From NCBI GenBank assembly GCA_904063045.1, contig CAJFCJ010000028.1, forward strand, positions 310,001 through 374,000: a stretch of DNA of 64,000 bases, written 5' to 3'. This DNA comes from Dimorphilus gyrociliatus. Lineage: Eukaryota; Animalia; Annelida. The translations under genes were made by a program, and so were the position numbers. Below the pieces are notes generated by a model. It worked only from the letters and a program-made list of their open reading frames with translations, was not told the DNA's origin and searched no databases. Below, piece after piece: positions 13,001 to 27,159 of this stretch (position 1 is the stretch's first letter; each line of letters opens with the position of its first letter).

Positions 13001-14683
13001 CTGTTTGTGAACATGTAAGTGTTTTTTCTATATTTTTAAATTATTAATATAATTAATTATCTACAGGCTAAATTAATAGAAAAATTAAAAAGTCAATTAC
13101 AAATATTAGAAGTAGAGTGGAAAAAACAAGAAGCTTCCAGGAGGCGAAAGCAAAGGCTGGCCTATGTAAATATTTCGTTGGATAATGTCATAAAAGTTAG
13201 TTTTTATTTACACTTTATATACGCTGAAAACCTATATATTTATTATTAATTTATTATAAAAAGGAACAAAATCAAAATCCGCGGAAACCCCCTCAGCGAA
13301 ATAAACGAATGAGTTCATATAGTGAAGAAGAACAAAGTCAGTCATATTCTTCAGCAGAAAGTTCTTGTTATTCTGACGGAGAACAGCTTAGAGCAAGTCG
13401 CAACACAAAGAAACGTGTCAATTATACTTTCACAGATTACGATGAAACTATTTCTAAGGCTATAGGCGAGGAAGTTCGCGAAACTTATGGTGCTGGTAAT
13501 TATGGACGAGGAAAAGATATTGCTAATATAGAAGCGGCTGCGGCTGCTGACGATAACGATGGTAAACCAATGGGTGTTATGGCAGCCAGACAAATGTATA
13601 AGAAAAAGAAATCAAGGAGGAAATTGACAGCATTAGATTCAGATGAAGGAGGTGGAGGAGAAGACGATGAATCTGACGATTACAAAGCCTCAGAGTTTGT
13701 ATTTAATATACAAATAAATAATATATTATATAGGATATCATTTTTGTAACTGAGTACCTATCTTATAATTTTAAAGCAGAGATAGTGTTGGATCTGAGTA
13801 TAGTCCTGGTCAAAGTGATGCAACGTATTCTGAAGATGAATATTACGGTGGAAAGAAAAGAAAAAGTGGTGCTTCTATTGGTTGGACAAGTTCAAGAAGT
13901 CGAAGAAAGAGAGAAATGGAAGATTTCGGTAAAATAACTTTAAAATATGTCGAAATATACAAGTATTTGTTAGATAAAAATAATTCTAAATGTGTTTTTA
14001 ATGTAGTGGTGGATGACGATGAAGTCAGCGATTTCGATGAGTTTGTTTGGAGCAATAAAAAGAAAAGATCAAGCAAGACAGGAAGATCGAGAAGAGCTCT
14101 CGAAAGTTCTGAAGAAGAGGACGAGGAGGAGGACGAGTCTGATGAAGATTATGATCCGAAAAGACACCGAAAGAGAAAGTTGAATTCTCTTGAGCCTGAG
14201 GAAGATCCAGAGAAAGGAAAAACATCCGCAACATCTCGAAAATTAGAGAAGTCAATGGCAATGAAACAATTTGAAAAAACGAAGAAAAGGACTTCTCTAC
14301 AAAGCGAAAGCGAAACAGAAGAGGAAGTGGAGGAAGAGCCAACTGGCGATACTACAGAGGATTCTGTAGAATCAGAAGCGTGGAGAGAGAGTAGCGATGA
14401 AGATGAAAAGCCAAAAAGACGGTTATCGAAAATAGCTTCGTCTTCAGAAACAGAGGAAGAGTTAGAAGAAGAAACAGTACCAACAGATCAAACTTCTGAA
14501 CATTTAAGTCAAAACGGTGAAAATGGTAAAAATCCAACAAATAAATTTTCAATTGCATCTCTATTGGATAAGAACTTGACACCAGTTGAGGGCCTCGAAG
14601 ATTCTCTTCCAGAAGCACCTGGAGACGATGACAACTTACAAGTTGACGAGTTAATAAATTTTGTCACACAAAGTACTGCTTAA
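10090..14683 (+). CDS. RSF1: Remodeling and spacing factor 1 (DDT/WHIM region, PHD finger, acidic tail); ~11 exons
   Basis: N-terminus [12 protein letters not shown]..., spliced [31 protein letters not shown] and [12 protein letters not shown]. The PHD finger [45 protein letters not shown] spans exons at 12786-13014. All introns GT-AG. Confidence 0.92.
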
Positions 14684-14992
14684 TTATTATTTTTTTGTAA
14701 ATTTGTTTTAAAGAGAATTGTGTGAATAATCTCAATACATTATTTCATATCCAAATAAAATCAATTGGTATTTAGACCTTAGAAACGAAAGGCTGTACTT
14801 CTTTTTATTGAGGAATTGCACAAAGAAAATATTTTACGTTAAGATCAAGACTTGTTTGTTAAGAGAAAAAATAAGATTAAAATACAAATCCGAAAAATTC
14901 ATAAAAAAATAAAAAAAAGCACAAATGCCGTAACTAGAGTCATATAAAACTTTTCTAATGATCGTTTGCCACTATCTAAGTTCTTTTCTATG

Positions 14993-17900
14993 CTACCAAT
15001 TTTTGTGTTTATTATTTTCCATAGCTAATACACACTGCAGTTCCTGTTTTTGATAAATGCTTAATAATTTGAAAAAAAGTAGAAGTTTTATCAAATTACC
15101 TGAATTAACTGTTTTCTTTCCCATTTATCCACATAATGTCTAGCTACTCTGGCAAGATTGGAATATAAATACTCTATTTCTTCAACATTTTTCCCTGAAC
15201 ATATTTGAACGCATTCTTCAAGAATAACTTCTAACTCACTCTTACAGATATCCAATTTCTTTTCGACCTCCTGCTCCTAAAATTCAACAGTATTAGATGC
15301 TAAAATTTTTATAAGAAACAATATTTATTAAGGAATTTTGAATTACCTTTTCAGAAACTTCCATTACATTCTCATGACGAGAATTTTCAATAACCTCTTC
15401 TTTTTTTATTATTTCTTCTTTCTCTAGGCTCTCATCTTCAATACCATCCATAACCTCTTCCTCAACGTTACAATGATCATTTAATTTGACAGTTTCAATT
15501 TCTTTTCCATGCTTATCATATCTTGCAATTTCTATTCCATTCTCATCAGTTTTAATGAAAACTTTAACATACTTAATTTTAGTTGGTTTACAAAAAGGCG
15601 AGAGAACATGTTTCGATGATCTAGCTTTCCTGACTCGCTTCATAAAAATTTTATGACCAGGAGATGGCTGAGGAATACATTCTGGTATATCATCGAATGA
15701 TACTAAATTACTATTAAGATTATGAGTACGTTGGGGCGAACTTCGCCCTGGCGATTTATTAAGAGGAGAAGAGGAGTGTCTTTTCTTTTCTTTTTCCTTT
15801 TCTTGATCTCTTTCTTGATCTCTTTCTTCTTTTTCGTTGTCAACTTCGTTAATAATTACATGAGGTGCTTGCTTTTTTTCTTCACTTTCCCTCTGTTGTC
15901 TTGCTTCGTAAATATCATCGCACATTTTCTCGAAATCTGATGCTAAATCAGCTTCTAGGATACCTCTAGCTGTATCTTTTAAAGCACAAGCTCGATGCCT
16001 AATAGATCGACTTTGGGCATCCAACGGGGGATTATACTCTAAAGCATTAAAGCATATTAAATCTATATCTTCCAAAAATTGCTTTACAGTTTTATATTCC
16101 TCTCTATCTATCTTTGACATCATCTTGCTCAAGTCCATAGGATGCTCTATAATATCATAATAGTCTGGTACTTCTTCTTTGTCCACCGGTTTTGTAAAGA
16201 CGTTAAACTTTCGATCGCGAGATAGCTTATTTATAACATCCCTTAAAAATAATCGCAGCTCTCGAAGAACAGATTCTTCTTGCTTAAGAACCATACGCAA
16301 TTCTTTTTCAGTTAACTGCTTATGTTCATTTATTGGAACTGGAGGAAGAGGCTGTAAACTGCTTTTACTAATTTTTGTGGGAGGAATCTGTAGGATTTCA
16401 TTCATAATCAAAGATGAGAAATATAAACGTATTTTTTCTGAAGAGATTATAGGCAATTTTATACGACTTTCAGTCGTTGTAAAGAGTTCCTCGATAATAT
16501 CCCCGTCATCAGAATTAGTGGCAAAAATAAGAACAGGAAGAGACGGATCTAAATCCCTGATTAAATTTAGAAATGTTAATTTTGTTGATTCCGTTAACAA
16601 ATCCCAAAATTCGTTGACTTTTGGTAAATAGACAACAGAAGGGCAGGTACTTTTGGCTTGTTTTATGATATGACCACAAGCGTCTTCTGGGGTTCTATAA
16701 TTATCATGACTCAGAGCTAGTATATCTATTGTATAAACTGGCAGTTCTAAAGCGTTTAGAATAGCTGGAGCTATGTATGTGTATAAACCGCTCCCTTCTT
16801 TACCCGTGACAAGTACTCTCGGTCTGTAAATACATGTTAATCGATCCAAGGTAGATTCTAAGTGTTGAATACAGTTAGGCTCATCCTCATAAATATTTCC
16901 TGCAAAAATATTATTTAGTCCATATGTAAAAAAAATGAAAATCAGTATACCAGTGCCAACTACCACCATTTCATCATCACTTTCATCATACAACTTGTTC
17001 TTAGTGACTTCTTCAGGAAATACATATCTGATCTTATTCAAAACATGATCTACTGAATCTTGTAAAATAGCCCTCACTCTCCCAGGTAGATTTCTGCCGA
17101 CAGGTTGAACAGATCGGGCACTTGTTGGGACAATCGACTTTAAAGCATTAGCAAAGTCAGATGCGTCAACTCTGATTCCTTTAACATCCAATGCCAATTT
17201 TTCGTGAGAGTTATAAACTTGAGGAAAGGTTCTCTTAAGAGCCCTCAAAGAAGCTTCGGTACAAACAGCCTTTAGATCGGCTCCACTAAAGCCGTGACTT
17301 TTTGCAGCAATTTGCATGAGAAACGAGTCGCTAATTTTTGGCTCCCATTTGCAAGTGTGAACCTTTAGAATGTCCTTACGAGCTTTGAAAGCTGGCAGTG
17401 GAAAATGAAATTCTCGATCAAATCTACCAGGACGCCTAAGTGCGGGGTCAATGGAATCTATTCTATTAGTCGCCCCAATAATAACAATCTGTAATTTGAC
17501 AGTTAATGCATGAACCTTTTATAAATAATAGTTTATTAGACTAACCTCGCCACGTGAATCCAATCCATCCATCAATGCTAAAAGAGTTGAAACTATGGAT
17601 GAGTGTATTTGGTCTTGTTTCGAAGAACGCACAGGAGCCAAACCATCAATCTCATCAAAAAATATAATGGAGGGCCTCATCTGATATGCCTGATCACGGA
17701 AAAAGATAAGATTTTCCCGTAAAACTACTAAATACAAATACCTGATCAAATAATAATCGTAACTGCCTTTCACTCTCTCCAACCCATTTACTGAGACAAT
17801 CGGCACCTTTTCTCATGAAAAAGGCAACCTTTTTTCCTGGTTTTGAGCATTCATTTGCTAAGGCTCTAGCAACTAAAGTTTTTCCAGTTCCAGGAGGACC

Positions 17901-20292
17901 ATAGAATAGTACACCTTTAGGAGATTCAGTACCAAAAGTTTCAAAGAATTCAGGATATAACAATGGGAATAAAATCATTTCTTTCAAATGTTGAATATAT
18001 TTTGATAATCCTTTAACCTAGGATGTTAATTAATAATATACATTACGTATTATTATATTGAATTTAATTATTTTAACAAACTTGTTCGAAAGAAACATCT
18101 TTATCTATGTTCATCGGATTAACATCTGCCAAGGAAGAGCCAATCCTTACACGCGATTTCATGACGACTGAAGTGATATCTGCTTGTTTGAAATTCATTG
18201 GCAAACATCTATTTCTTGCTCTTGCCATACTTTTTGCTTTCCTTCTTTCAAACTCTCTATCATCATCTGTTTCACTAGAAGTATTAGACGAACTATGATG
18301 CGCTGAATGGTGGTGCTTTGATATTGAAGAAGGTGTAGACGTAGGATTAAAAAAATGACGAAAGTCAATGTTCTTCCTATCTCGTAATTGACGGTGACTG
18401 AGGTTTACGGGAGAAATCAATAATGAAATATTTTAGAAACGTTAAATATTATAACATTTTTAACAACTGACCTTTTATGTCTTCGGACTGCTGGGGAATT
18501 GTAATATACCGAATCCTTCATTCCATTTTTCCGTCTTCGTAAATTGGGAGCTTTTCACACGAGAAATCCAGCGTTATAATACAAATTTGATAATTTACTT
18601 AAAATATTACTTTTACGATGCGATTCAATTTCTTCAGTTTGTCGTCGTTCTCTCAGGAAATATTGTCGTGGTTTTATATCGCCTAGAGACTTGTTATTAT
18701 CATCGCCTTCTTCTTCATCTTCTACTTCTTCTTCTTCTTCTTCTTCTTCCTCCTCCTCCTCCTCCTCTCCACCGACTTCAATATTTTCTACTACTCTTTC
18801 AGACTTTTTCCTAAAAATATATAAATAAATATTGAAATCAATACTTTTTCAATTTATATACCAACTTTTTAACTTCTCCCGCTTCATCATCGTCTTCTTC
18901 TAATTCTTCATCGTCTTTCTCTTTATCGTTGTCTTCTACCACTTCATCATTTTGATCTACATTTGAATTGTTTACAATTTCTACCTCTTTTCTTCTTTCT
19001 TCTCTTTTCTTCAATCGTAATGACCTTGAGCTTATGTTAGCAGCTGCACCATTTTCATCGTCATATTCATCGTTAAAATTGACAGGTAGTCCATACATAT
19101 CTCTTTTTATTCTCTTCCTCAATCCGTAACCCCTAAACATCTACAAAATAAAGGTTTTGTGTAAAATTTTTAACTCTTTGAGTAATAACCCACATTATCT
19201 TCATCTGAGCTTCTTGCTCTCTTATGCTTAGTTTCATAATCTGAAATTCCTGGATCTCCAATCAATGACTGATTTAAAGTTGAGTAAACAGCCTTTTTGT
19301 TTCGACTACTTCGACGTATGTACATCGGTGAGGAATGTCGTATATTACTACGGAAGTAAAGAGATTCCTCATAAGAACTTCGCTTTCGGACTTGCTTACA
19401 AGAATTCAATATTTTTGATTCTGACAATTCTGATAAAAACCAATTAGTAAAATAAAAAAAAATTAGACAATAAATTGTCTTACTGTTCGTTCTAGTTTTC
19501 TTAATAGAATAATCAGCGTCTTTTTCCGATTCCGATCCAGTATCCAAATGAAGTAATTTATTCCGTTTTAGACTGGATCGTCTATAACCACCATCATCCG
19601 AATGCGAGCCGCTACCGTAACTATAATGTACAAAGTTTAGCAATATATCACAAATCGAACAAACTCAATACTGAGTTTTATTACAATGCTGCTTTCATTA
19701 TCATTTAAAAAAATTAATTAAAATAGTAAACGATAGTATTTTAAAATATATCAATGAAAGTATCCTTTTAAAAGGATATAAGATTTGGTAAGGTAACAAT
19801 TAACAAGGTAACTTTTCTTATATTTATAAGAATCTACAAAGAGAAAGTTAATTTTTTATTTGCAGAAATTTGCGCTATTTCTTATATAACCATGAAACTA
19901 AGTATTATATTTTGGAAAAGAAATGTTTAATTTTGAAAACATTTTAAGTGTTTAGGTTTAACTTATAGGTATTAAAGAAATACCTAGTAATTAAGAATGC
20001 AAATTACCGAGCAGTTGAGTTAGAGCTTAGATTGCCCCTTGTTCTAAGTTTCCTTGGAGAAAATTTATTTTCGTGATCTTCATCGCCAGAACTGTCCATC
20101 GTCTTTCCTTGTAATTGATTGACCTGTTAATTATAAGGCTGATAAGTGATCGAAGTACTATTCTTTTAGCTATTTAGTTTAGATACTTACTTGTAATTTT
20201 GACAAATTTGGATTACTTTTCGAAATCTTACTCTTTCTCAGATAGATAAAATCACTTGAATTATTGTGATTTCCCTCTGAATCTGAAGGCAT
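14993..20292 (-). CDS. ATAD2: ATAD2/ATAD2B-family AAA+ ATPase with bromodomain; ~12 exons
   Basis: LKEMILFPLLYPE, Walker A GPPGTGKT, Walker B IIFFDEIDG, LRRPGRFDREF, a degenerate second AAA domain, and bromodomain (VPDYYDIIEHPMDL...NALEYN). The start at 20292 and last exon (LIQ|ELQCVLAMENNKHKNW*) are inferred from splice phases. Confidence 0.93.
18726..18770 (-). repeat. (GAG)n(GAA)n trinucleotide run encoding poly-Glu in ATAD2
   Basis: cttcttctt...cctcctcct on the + strand; reads as ~12 consecutive Glu in the ATAD2 frame. Confidence 0.85.
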
Positions 20293-22651
20293 GACTTTCT
20301 TAAAATATTCGGTAATACAAATAACGTAAGAAGCTTGTTATTTTCTACAAAACATAATATTTACATTATAATCGTATGGAATCTTTAAGAAAAACACTAA
20401 TAATAGGATTCTACTAAATATTAAAATAAGAAATCTAGAGAGCGAAAAATCCAGTATGAAAGATGGCGGGTTCTTTGTGAGCGGCCATCAAGTTTTAAAA
20501 ATATCTCTCTTATTTCAATCGAAAAAATTCACAAAACTTACGTAATCAACGAAAAAATAGTAGGAAAAAAATTAACTTAAAAGAAAGTTATTATTTCTGA
20601 AATCATAGTCCGAATTTCTTCTTAGAAAAAAGCCAAGCCGCGAATTCTCGCGTATGTGCTACGGCGCGATCGCCTTTATTCGGTTAAAGGCAAAAATTTT
20701 CTCGAAAATAACATTCCATTATATATTCTTAAAAATTTTATTTATATGAAAAAATAATAATTATTAAAATAGAATAACTTTAACTGTAATAAGATTATTT
20801 ATATTTAATAGACTTTAGCACTAAATGTTCCATGTCTATATTTTCCTACGTGTTCAATGGTTATGTAATTGTAAAAAAAAAAAGCATTTAAAAACTGTAT
20901 AAAGCCAATAGTGGATAGAGAACAAATTTTATAATATCAACATATATTTATGTTTATAATTTATTTACGCAAAGTATATTCATTTACTATACACCTTTAA
21001 ATATCTCAAGAGTTTAAAGAAAATTATATGGAATTTGATACTGTAATTGACAAAAATAAGCACTAATCTGACAGTCAAGTATAGTTTTCTTGGTTATTTT
21101 CTTTACTTGAGCTAGAGGGAAAGGGGATTGACATTAAAAATATGGAAGATATTTTTATAATATTTGTTCATTGGAATAATTTGAAAAATAGTTGACGATA
21201 TTTCATCTAATTGCCCTCTATTCTTTCCTTTTACTAATCGTAGACCTGACAAATATCTTTTTAAAGGATTTCTTACTATTAATAACTTATGATAATTATA
21301 AATGTTAGTCTGCCTAATCTTTTAATATCTTACAATTGTCTATTTTAGTATTTAACCTTATGAATATTCATATAACATACTTAAATATAATTGATCTTAA
21401 ACCGGGGAAAAGAATCTTGATTTTTGGAATTTGAAACACTTTAAGAAGCTGTTCAAAGATTAAAGTACGTTATGAATGATCAATGAAGGACATAACTTGA
21501 AGAATTACTTTTAATTAGAATTATATTTCAAAACATCTACTCAGTCCTTAACTGTCAAACAAAAAGTAAAAACCGCACTAAAAATTCTTGATAAATGTGT
21601 TTAAGATTACACTTTATATAAAGATTTTTGACAGTTAAATAAAATAGATTCTTGATTGTATTCACCTCTTTTTAAGTGTATTGATCAAATCAGAAAAGAT
21701 AGATTTAGATGTTAGAGATTAATTACCCTGATAGAAGAATAGACGATCGAAAATAGTAACACAAAACCAAAATACTACAGAGTTCAAGCAGGTTTTAGGT
21801 TAAGTAACCCAAAAATATACACTGGACTGAAAGACTACAGATTAAACTTACTGGCCTTTTTCTACCACCCAGAAAAATAATAGAGAAATTAAATAAAGAA
21901 AACCTCGAAAGAAAGTAACTATTTGATAATAGTAAAAATAATTAAACATTTTACAAGTCCGCTCTCACTCTTTTGTTCTCATTTCGCTTGCGATAAATTG
22001 CACAGGAAGTTGTTTTAGTCTCATACACAGTTTAAAGGAAAATAAGCAAATCTGAAAAGACTTTATTTCAAGTAAAAATTATATAATGAGTAGTAAACTT
22101 TCTTTTCAATATTAGATTACTGAATTTACTAATACTCTTTTGAATATTCAAAATGTTAATATACATATGCCCGCGTGTGTGTCTGTGTGTGTATTTATAC
22201 TTATTGCATAATAGTTTTCTACTTTTAGAGAAATAAATCCCAAATATTTATTTATTCTCAAATACACAGATGGAGTCAATTAACGGTAGAGCCATCTGTA
22301 GAGTATCAAAAAGCAAATTTTTTCCGCAATACAACTCTCTCTCTCTATGCGTATACAAGTTAATTTATTATATAAAAAATGTTCTTTATTCTTTCCAATC
22401 TAGTATGAAAAGTACGAAAAGTGAATTATATAATATAGGAATGGTGTTAATATTATTACTTTTGAAATTTCATATCTATCTTCATAATACAAAATATTCT
22501 TTATCTCCCTTTTAAAAAAAATTGTCGTTAGTATTCCATTAAATACGAAAAGAATTCATTTTATCAAATAAAAAGTGTTAAAAATAATTTTAGCGAGACA
22601 AAATCAATTGCTGGAAAGAAAGAGATTTATAAAAATTTAATAAAAATTAGT

Positions 22652-22740
22652 TGCCCCAGGTGAGGATCGAACTCACAACCTCCGCATGGCCTGTACTGAT
22701 CTTATAAGTACGGCGCGCTAACCGATTGCGCCACTGGGGC
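22652..22740 (-). tRNA. trnI-TAT: tRNA-Ile(TAT) with 15-nt intron (22702-22688)
   Basis: GCCCCAGTGGCGCAATCGGTTAGCGCG-CCGTA-CT-TAT-A-[AGATCAGTACAGGCC]-A-TGCGG-AGGTTGTGAGTTCGATCCTCACCTGGGGCA. Intact cloverleaf, canonical 37/38 intron, TTTTT terminator at 22646-22642. Confidence 0.96.
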
Positions 22741-24072
22741 TCACGTTCATTCATCTGTTTTAATACCTAAATATCATTTAACTGTGAGATATAGAAATGT
22801 CTTCTTTTGTGTAGGTTTGTAGGATTGTAGGATTGTTCAATATCCCTTAAATGTCATTAAATATTATTTTCCTTAGAAACATGAACAGGATTATCGATTA
22901 ATTTTTTTCCTTTCGATTAATCCTTTTTTATATAATTGCATACGTATCATTCAACATTGTGATCTACGTCTATTGACCATTCTTGACGAGCTCGTCATGG
23001 AGTAAAGAGGGAGGGGAAATTTTCTACATTTTTATTTGAATTTCGCTCCTAGATACGGAAACTGGTAAGTTAAATTTAACAAATTTTTATAAATATATCA
23101 ATGTAGAATATAAAACAAGAATAATAAAACAATATATATATTATGTCCAAAGCCATTTTTGATAAAGTTTATAAAACAGTTGGGCATTATTTATAGCATA
23201 CAATATCTAAAATATATAATATGAGAATAAGTGTCGTATACGAAAATGCTAGGAGATACTTGAAATTCCCAAGTACCAAAGTAAACAAAAGAATCTATTC
23301 AAACCTTTAATATATAAACTCACTGAATACATCTACGTTATCTATTGACTGATAAATAAAGGATATAAGCAAACTAAGAGAGTAATTGCGTTCAATTAGC
23401 GTTGTAAACCTATAACCCTGATGTGTTTTAGTTCAGGTAATGAATTAAATTAGTTAATTATAGATACTGTGTATATGTGAAATATGGTGGTATATACAAG
23501 AAACATGCATATATAAAACATATACTCTGCATGTATAACAAGCATATCAGTACATATGAAACGTGTATGTATATAATAACATAGAATATTTAATGACACT
23601 GTAATTATTATAATCACTAATTAAAAATTCCATGTGTATAACGCAAATAGTTACATTTATTTAACACTGAAATAGAGTCGCTTGTAGCATATTTCATGTA
23701 ATAATTAAGTATTCTTAAATGGCCTTTCTATCCAAAAATCAGAAAGTGAATCTCTTAGACGCGCTAAAAATGGACTTCGTTCTTGTCATCAACCCTGTTT
23801 TTTTCTTAATTTTTTTTTAATTTACTTACCTTGTAAAATAAAAGATTTTTTGTTCATTAAACTAGGTACATCATTCTTTTTTCTTTCACAAACTATTTTT
23901 AAGCTTTATTATCTTGATTGACGTAAGAGTTTTTCGTTGTTTTTCTTTTTTTTATTATTTACGAAGACAACCCCTTGTAAAGCCTTTATTAATTTTAGAT
24001 AGAAATATCAAATACTTTTTTGATTTTATCCCCAATTCTATACATTTATTGATTAAGAAATTTCTGAGAACA

Positions 24073-24172
24073 TTATAGAGCGAAATTGCTCTATAAAAAA
24101 ACCTTAAAACGAAATTCGCGGGCGGAAGTGACGTTTTGCATATCTATGGCAATAGCTTTGATTGCGCATGCG
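24073..24172 (+). promoter_or_regulatory. Casein kinase I promoter elements
   Basis: 9-bp inverted repeat TTATAGAGC-N6-GCTCTATAA overlapping a TATA-like ctataaaa, ETS CGGAAGTG (24123-24130) and NRF1-type TGCGCATGCG (24163-24172). A 5'UTR intron lies at ~24330-24414. Confidence 0.55.
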
Positions 24173-24432
24173 TCAGTGTCAAAAAAGAACGATCAGAGAC
24201 AAGAGAGATCCAGCAAGAAATATCTTTGAATATCACTGTTAAATCATTAGGTAAAAGTGGATCGCCTAAAGAAAATTAAAGAAAAATCTATAATCTACAG
24301 AACATTTTCGATTTTATTCTTTTAGCCCGGTAAGATAGGGTATATTTTTTTGTTTCTATCCTCTAAAAATTTTTAATGTTATTTTATGATTTATTCGCTT
24401 TCTAAATGTTGTAGGGCGTTTATTACAAAAAA

Positions 24433-27159
24433 ATGGAATTGCGAGTAGGTAATAAGTATCGTCTGGGCAGAAAAATTGGAAGCGGATCGTTCGGAGACAT
24501 ATATCTAGGTATATTTTTGTTTACATACATTCTTTTCTTATATAAGGCAATTTTTTCATAGGCACTGACATAACCAATGCCGAGGAAGTCGCTATTAAAC
24601 TAGAATGTGTGAAAACAAAGCATCCACAATTACACATCGAAAGCAAAATATATAAAATGATGCAAGGAGGCGGTGAGTAAAAATGTTAAATGTATTCATT
24701 AGTTTCTCTTGAAGTCATTGTGAGTCACTGTAATATACTATTAAACCTTAAAATCAATCCCAATTAATAGTTTAAGATATATTTTTTCAGCTATTTTAAA
24801 CTTTAAGCAGCTTAAGTGTTAAACCTAGCTTGACATTTTGGTCAAACAAAAATTCTTCATTGTTTATTTCATACAACCTTTTTTAGAATTTATAATTTCC
24901 GCAGTCTTCTCTAGAACAGCTTTTATCAGAGTTTTCACACCTACAAACATAACATAAAGAAAACAGTATCTGTTAATAATTTTTTATGCTATTCCCTTTA
25001 GTTCAGTATTAAGTGAATTATGTTACGCTTCCAGCGTGATGATTCAGAAAAGTCGGTGGAAAGCATTTCCCCCGTTAGCAAAGTTTTACTTTTATCGTTA
25101 CTCTGTTAGCTAGCTCTCTTTGAATAAACAAGAAGACTTCTTAAAATTAGATTTCTCTACACACAATTTGTATTATCGTTTGTTCCTAAATGTGATCGTA
25201 TTACTGAGTTAACAATATGATAGCCTCTTTGTTTTAAGTTGTGTAAATAGCAGAAAGCTTGAAAGGTCGAAAAGAGCAAATATTATTGACTCTTTCGGCA
25301 AAAAATTTGTTTTCTAAAGTGAATTTTAATTGATTTTATTATTCCCTCAGTTGGAATTCCCACCATTAAATGGTGCGGAGCCGAAGGAGACTACAACGTC
25401 ATGGTTATGGAGCTACTGGGACCTAGTTTAGAAGATCTTTTTAATTTCTGCACAAGAAAATTTAGCCTGAAAACAGTACTTTTACTGGCGGACCAATTGG
25501 TAATTAGTGCTATTTTAGTGGGAAAATTTTCCCCGAAAAAAACCAAAACAGCTGACACAAATAGATTATCATGATTAGTTTAAAGCATTCATACAAGTTA
25601 CATTTTTAAATTTTGTTCACAAAATTGAAAGCAAATAATTTATATCTTTATTCCAAAAATATTTTTTCATTTGAAAAATGACAGATCCATCATATTTTAT
25701 TTTACTAAATACTAATACCTCTCAACAGATAAGTAGAATAGAATATATCCACTCGAAAAATTTCATCCATCGTGACGTTAAGCCTGACAATTTTCTGATG
25801 GGTCTTGGAAAAAAGGGTAACCTTGTGTATATTATCGATTTTGGTCTGGCAAAAAAGTATAGAGATGCCCGAACGCACCAGCATATCGCTTATAGAGAAA
25901 ACAAAAATCTCACGGGTACTGCTCGATATGCCAGCATCAACACACATTTGGGTATTGAACAAAGTCGGCGGGATGATATGGAATCGTTGGGATATGTTTT
26001 TATGTATTTTTTGAGGGGATCTCTTCCCTGGCAAGGTTTAAAGGCAGCTACAAAGAGACAAAAATATGAAAGAATTTCAGAAAAGAAAATGTCAACACCT
26101 GTGGAGGAGTTGTGTAAAAGCTTCCCAGGAGAATTTGCAACCTATTTAAATTTTTGCAGGTACAATTTGTCGTAAAGCTGGAGTTTTCCGTAATAAGATA
26201 TTTCAAATTTATATTCGATTACAGGTCATTACGATTCGATGACAAGCCAGATTACAGCTATTTACGTCAATTATTTCGAAATCTTTTCCACAGACAGGGA
26301 TTCACTTATGATTATGTATTCGATTGGAATATGTTAAAATTTGTAAGTAATCCTTAGGACTAAGAGACTAGTTTATTTTATATCGAAAGTATGAAGGCTA
26401 TCTTTTGAGCACAAAAACTTTCCCTAAAATTTTATCGTTTAACTTAAAGGAATTTTAAGCGAAATTTTAAGTCTATTTAAATTCTATCGCTCTAACAACC
26501 AATAATAAAAGTATCCACATGGAACGCCCTTTCATTGTAAGATTCTCATGTTGACTGAAACTCTGCCAACACTTCTATTCTCATGTAGGCGAAATTTTTT
26601 AAATAGTCACCCTGAACATTTAAATCACAATACCAATCATGTTTACATGTCTTCATGGATATTACGAAGGCTACGATTGTCTCTAATATTGGTTTAAAGA
26701 TCAAATTGCGAATATTTTGTAAAAAAAATTGCCTTAACGCCTAAACTAACGAACAATGGCTTCATAGTACAAGCTCTCGTAAGATCAAACAAAATATTTT
26801 GTACTGCTTAGGCCTGTTGGTAATATAAAATTTCACCAGTCCTCGACATTGACTTTTTTCAAGTTTATGTTTATTTAATTGCAATTTTACTATCCCTTAA
26901 TCGTACTTTTCAGGGCGGAAATAGCAGAGGTACAGAGAGCAGAGGAACAGAAAATAAAGGTCCTCCCGACAGAAGAACTTTTCAAAGTGGAACAAGAGCA
27001 GCTCTACCCAGCAGCGCAAGAGCGCCAATTCCTAGCAATTCCAGAACACCGATTCCCAACTATAGACCACAGTTACCTAGTGCAAGAGCGAGGCCAGAAG
27101 GAAGAGCAGTGACAAGACAACCACAAACACCCGTAAATTTCGGACAAGGTAATTTTTAA
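24433..27159 (+). CDS. CSNK1D: Casein kinase I delta/epsilon (doubletime-type); terminal exon uncertain
   Basis: [79 protein letters not shown]. Exons ~24433-24508, 24562-24672, 25350-25498, 25729-26159, 26226-26343, 26913-27148. The end shown is the unspliced read-through stop; alternatives extend to 29627. Delta and epsilon cannot be distinguished. Confidence 0.95.

Noticed and set aside
11364-16631. Antisense ORFs over RSF1 and ATAD2 (e.g. 11364-11753, 14025-14342, 16179-16631)
   Set aside because: Shadow frames of Glu/Lys/Asp-rich coding sequence; Phe/Ser/Leu-rich with no motifs.
25038-25207. Box C (GTGATGA) and CTGA in CK1 intron 2 as a possible C/D snoRNA
   Set aside because: 170-nt spacing, no convincing terminal stem and no identifiable rRNA guide.
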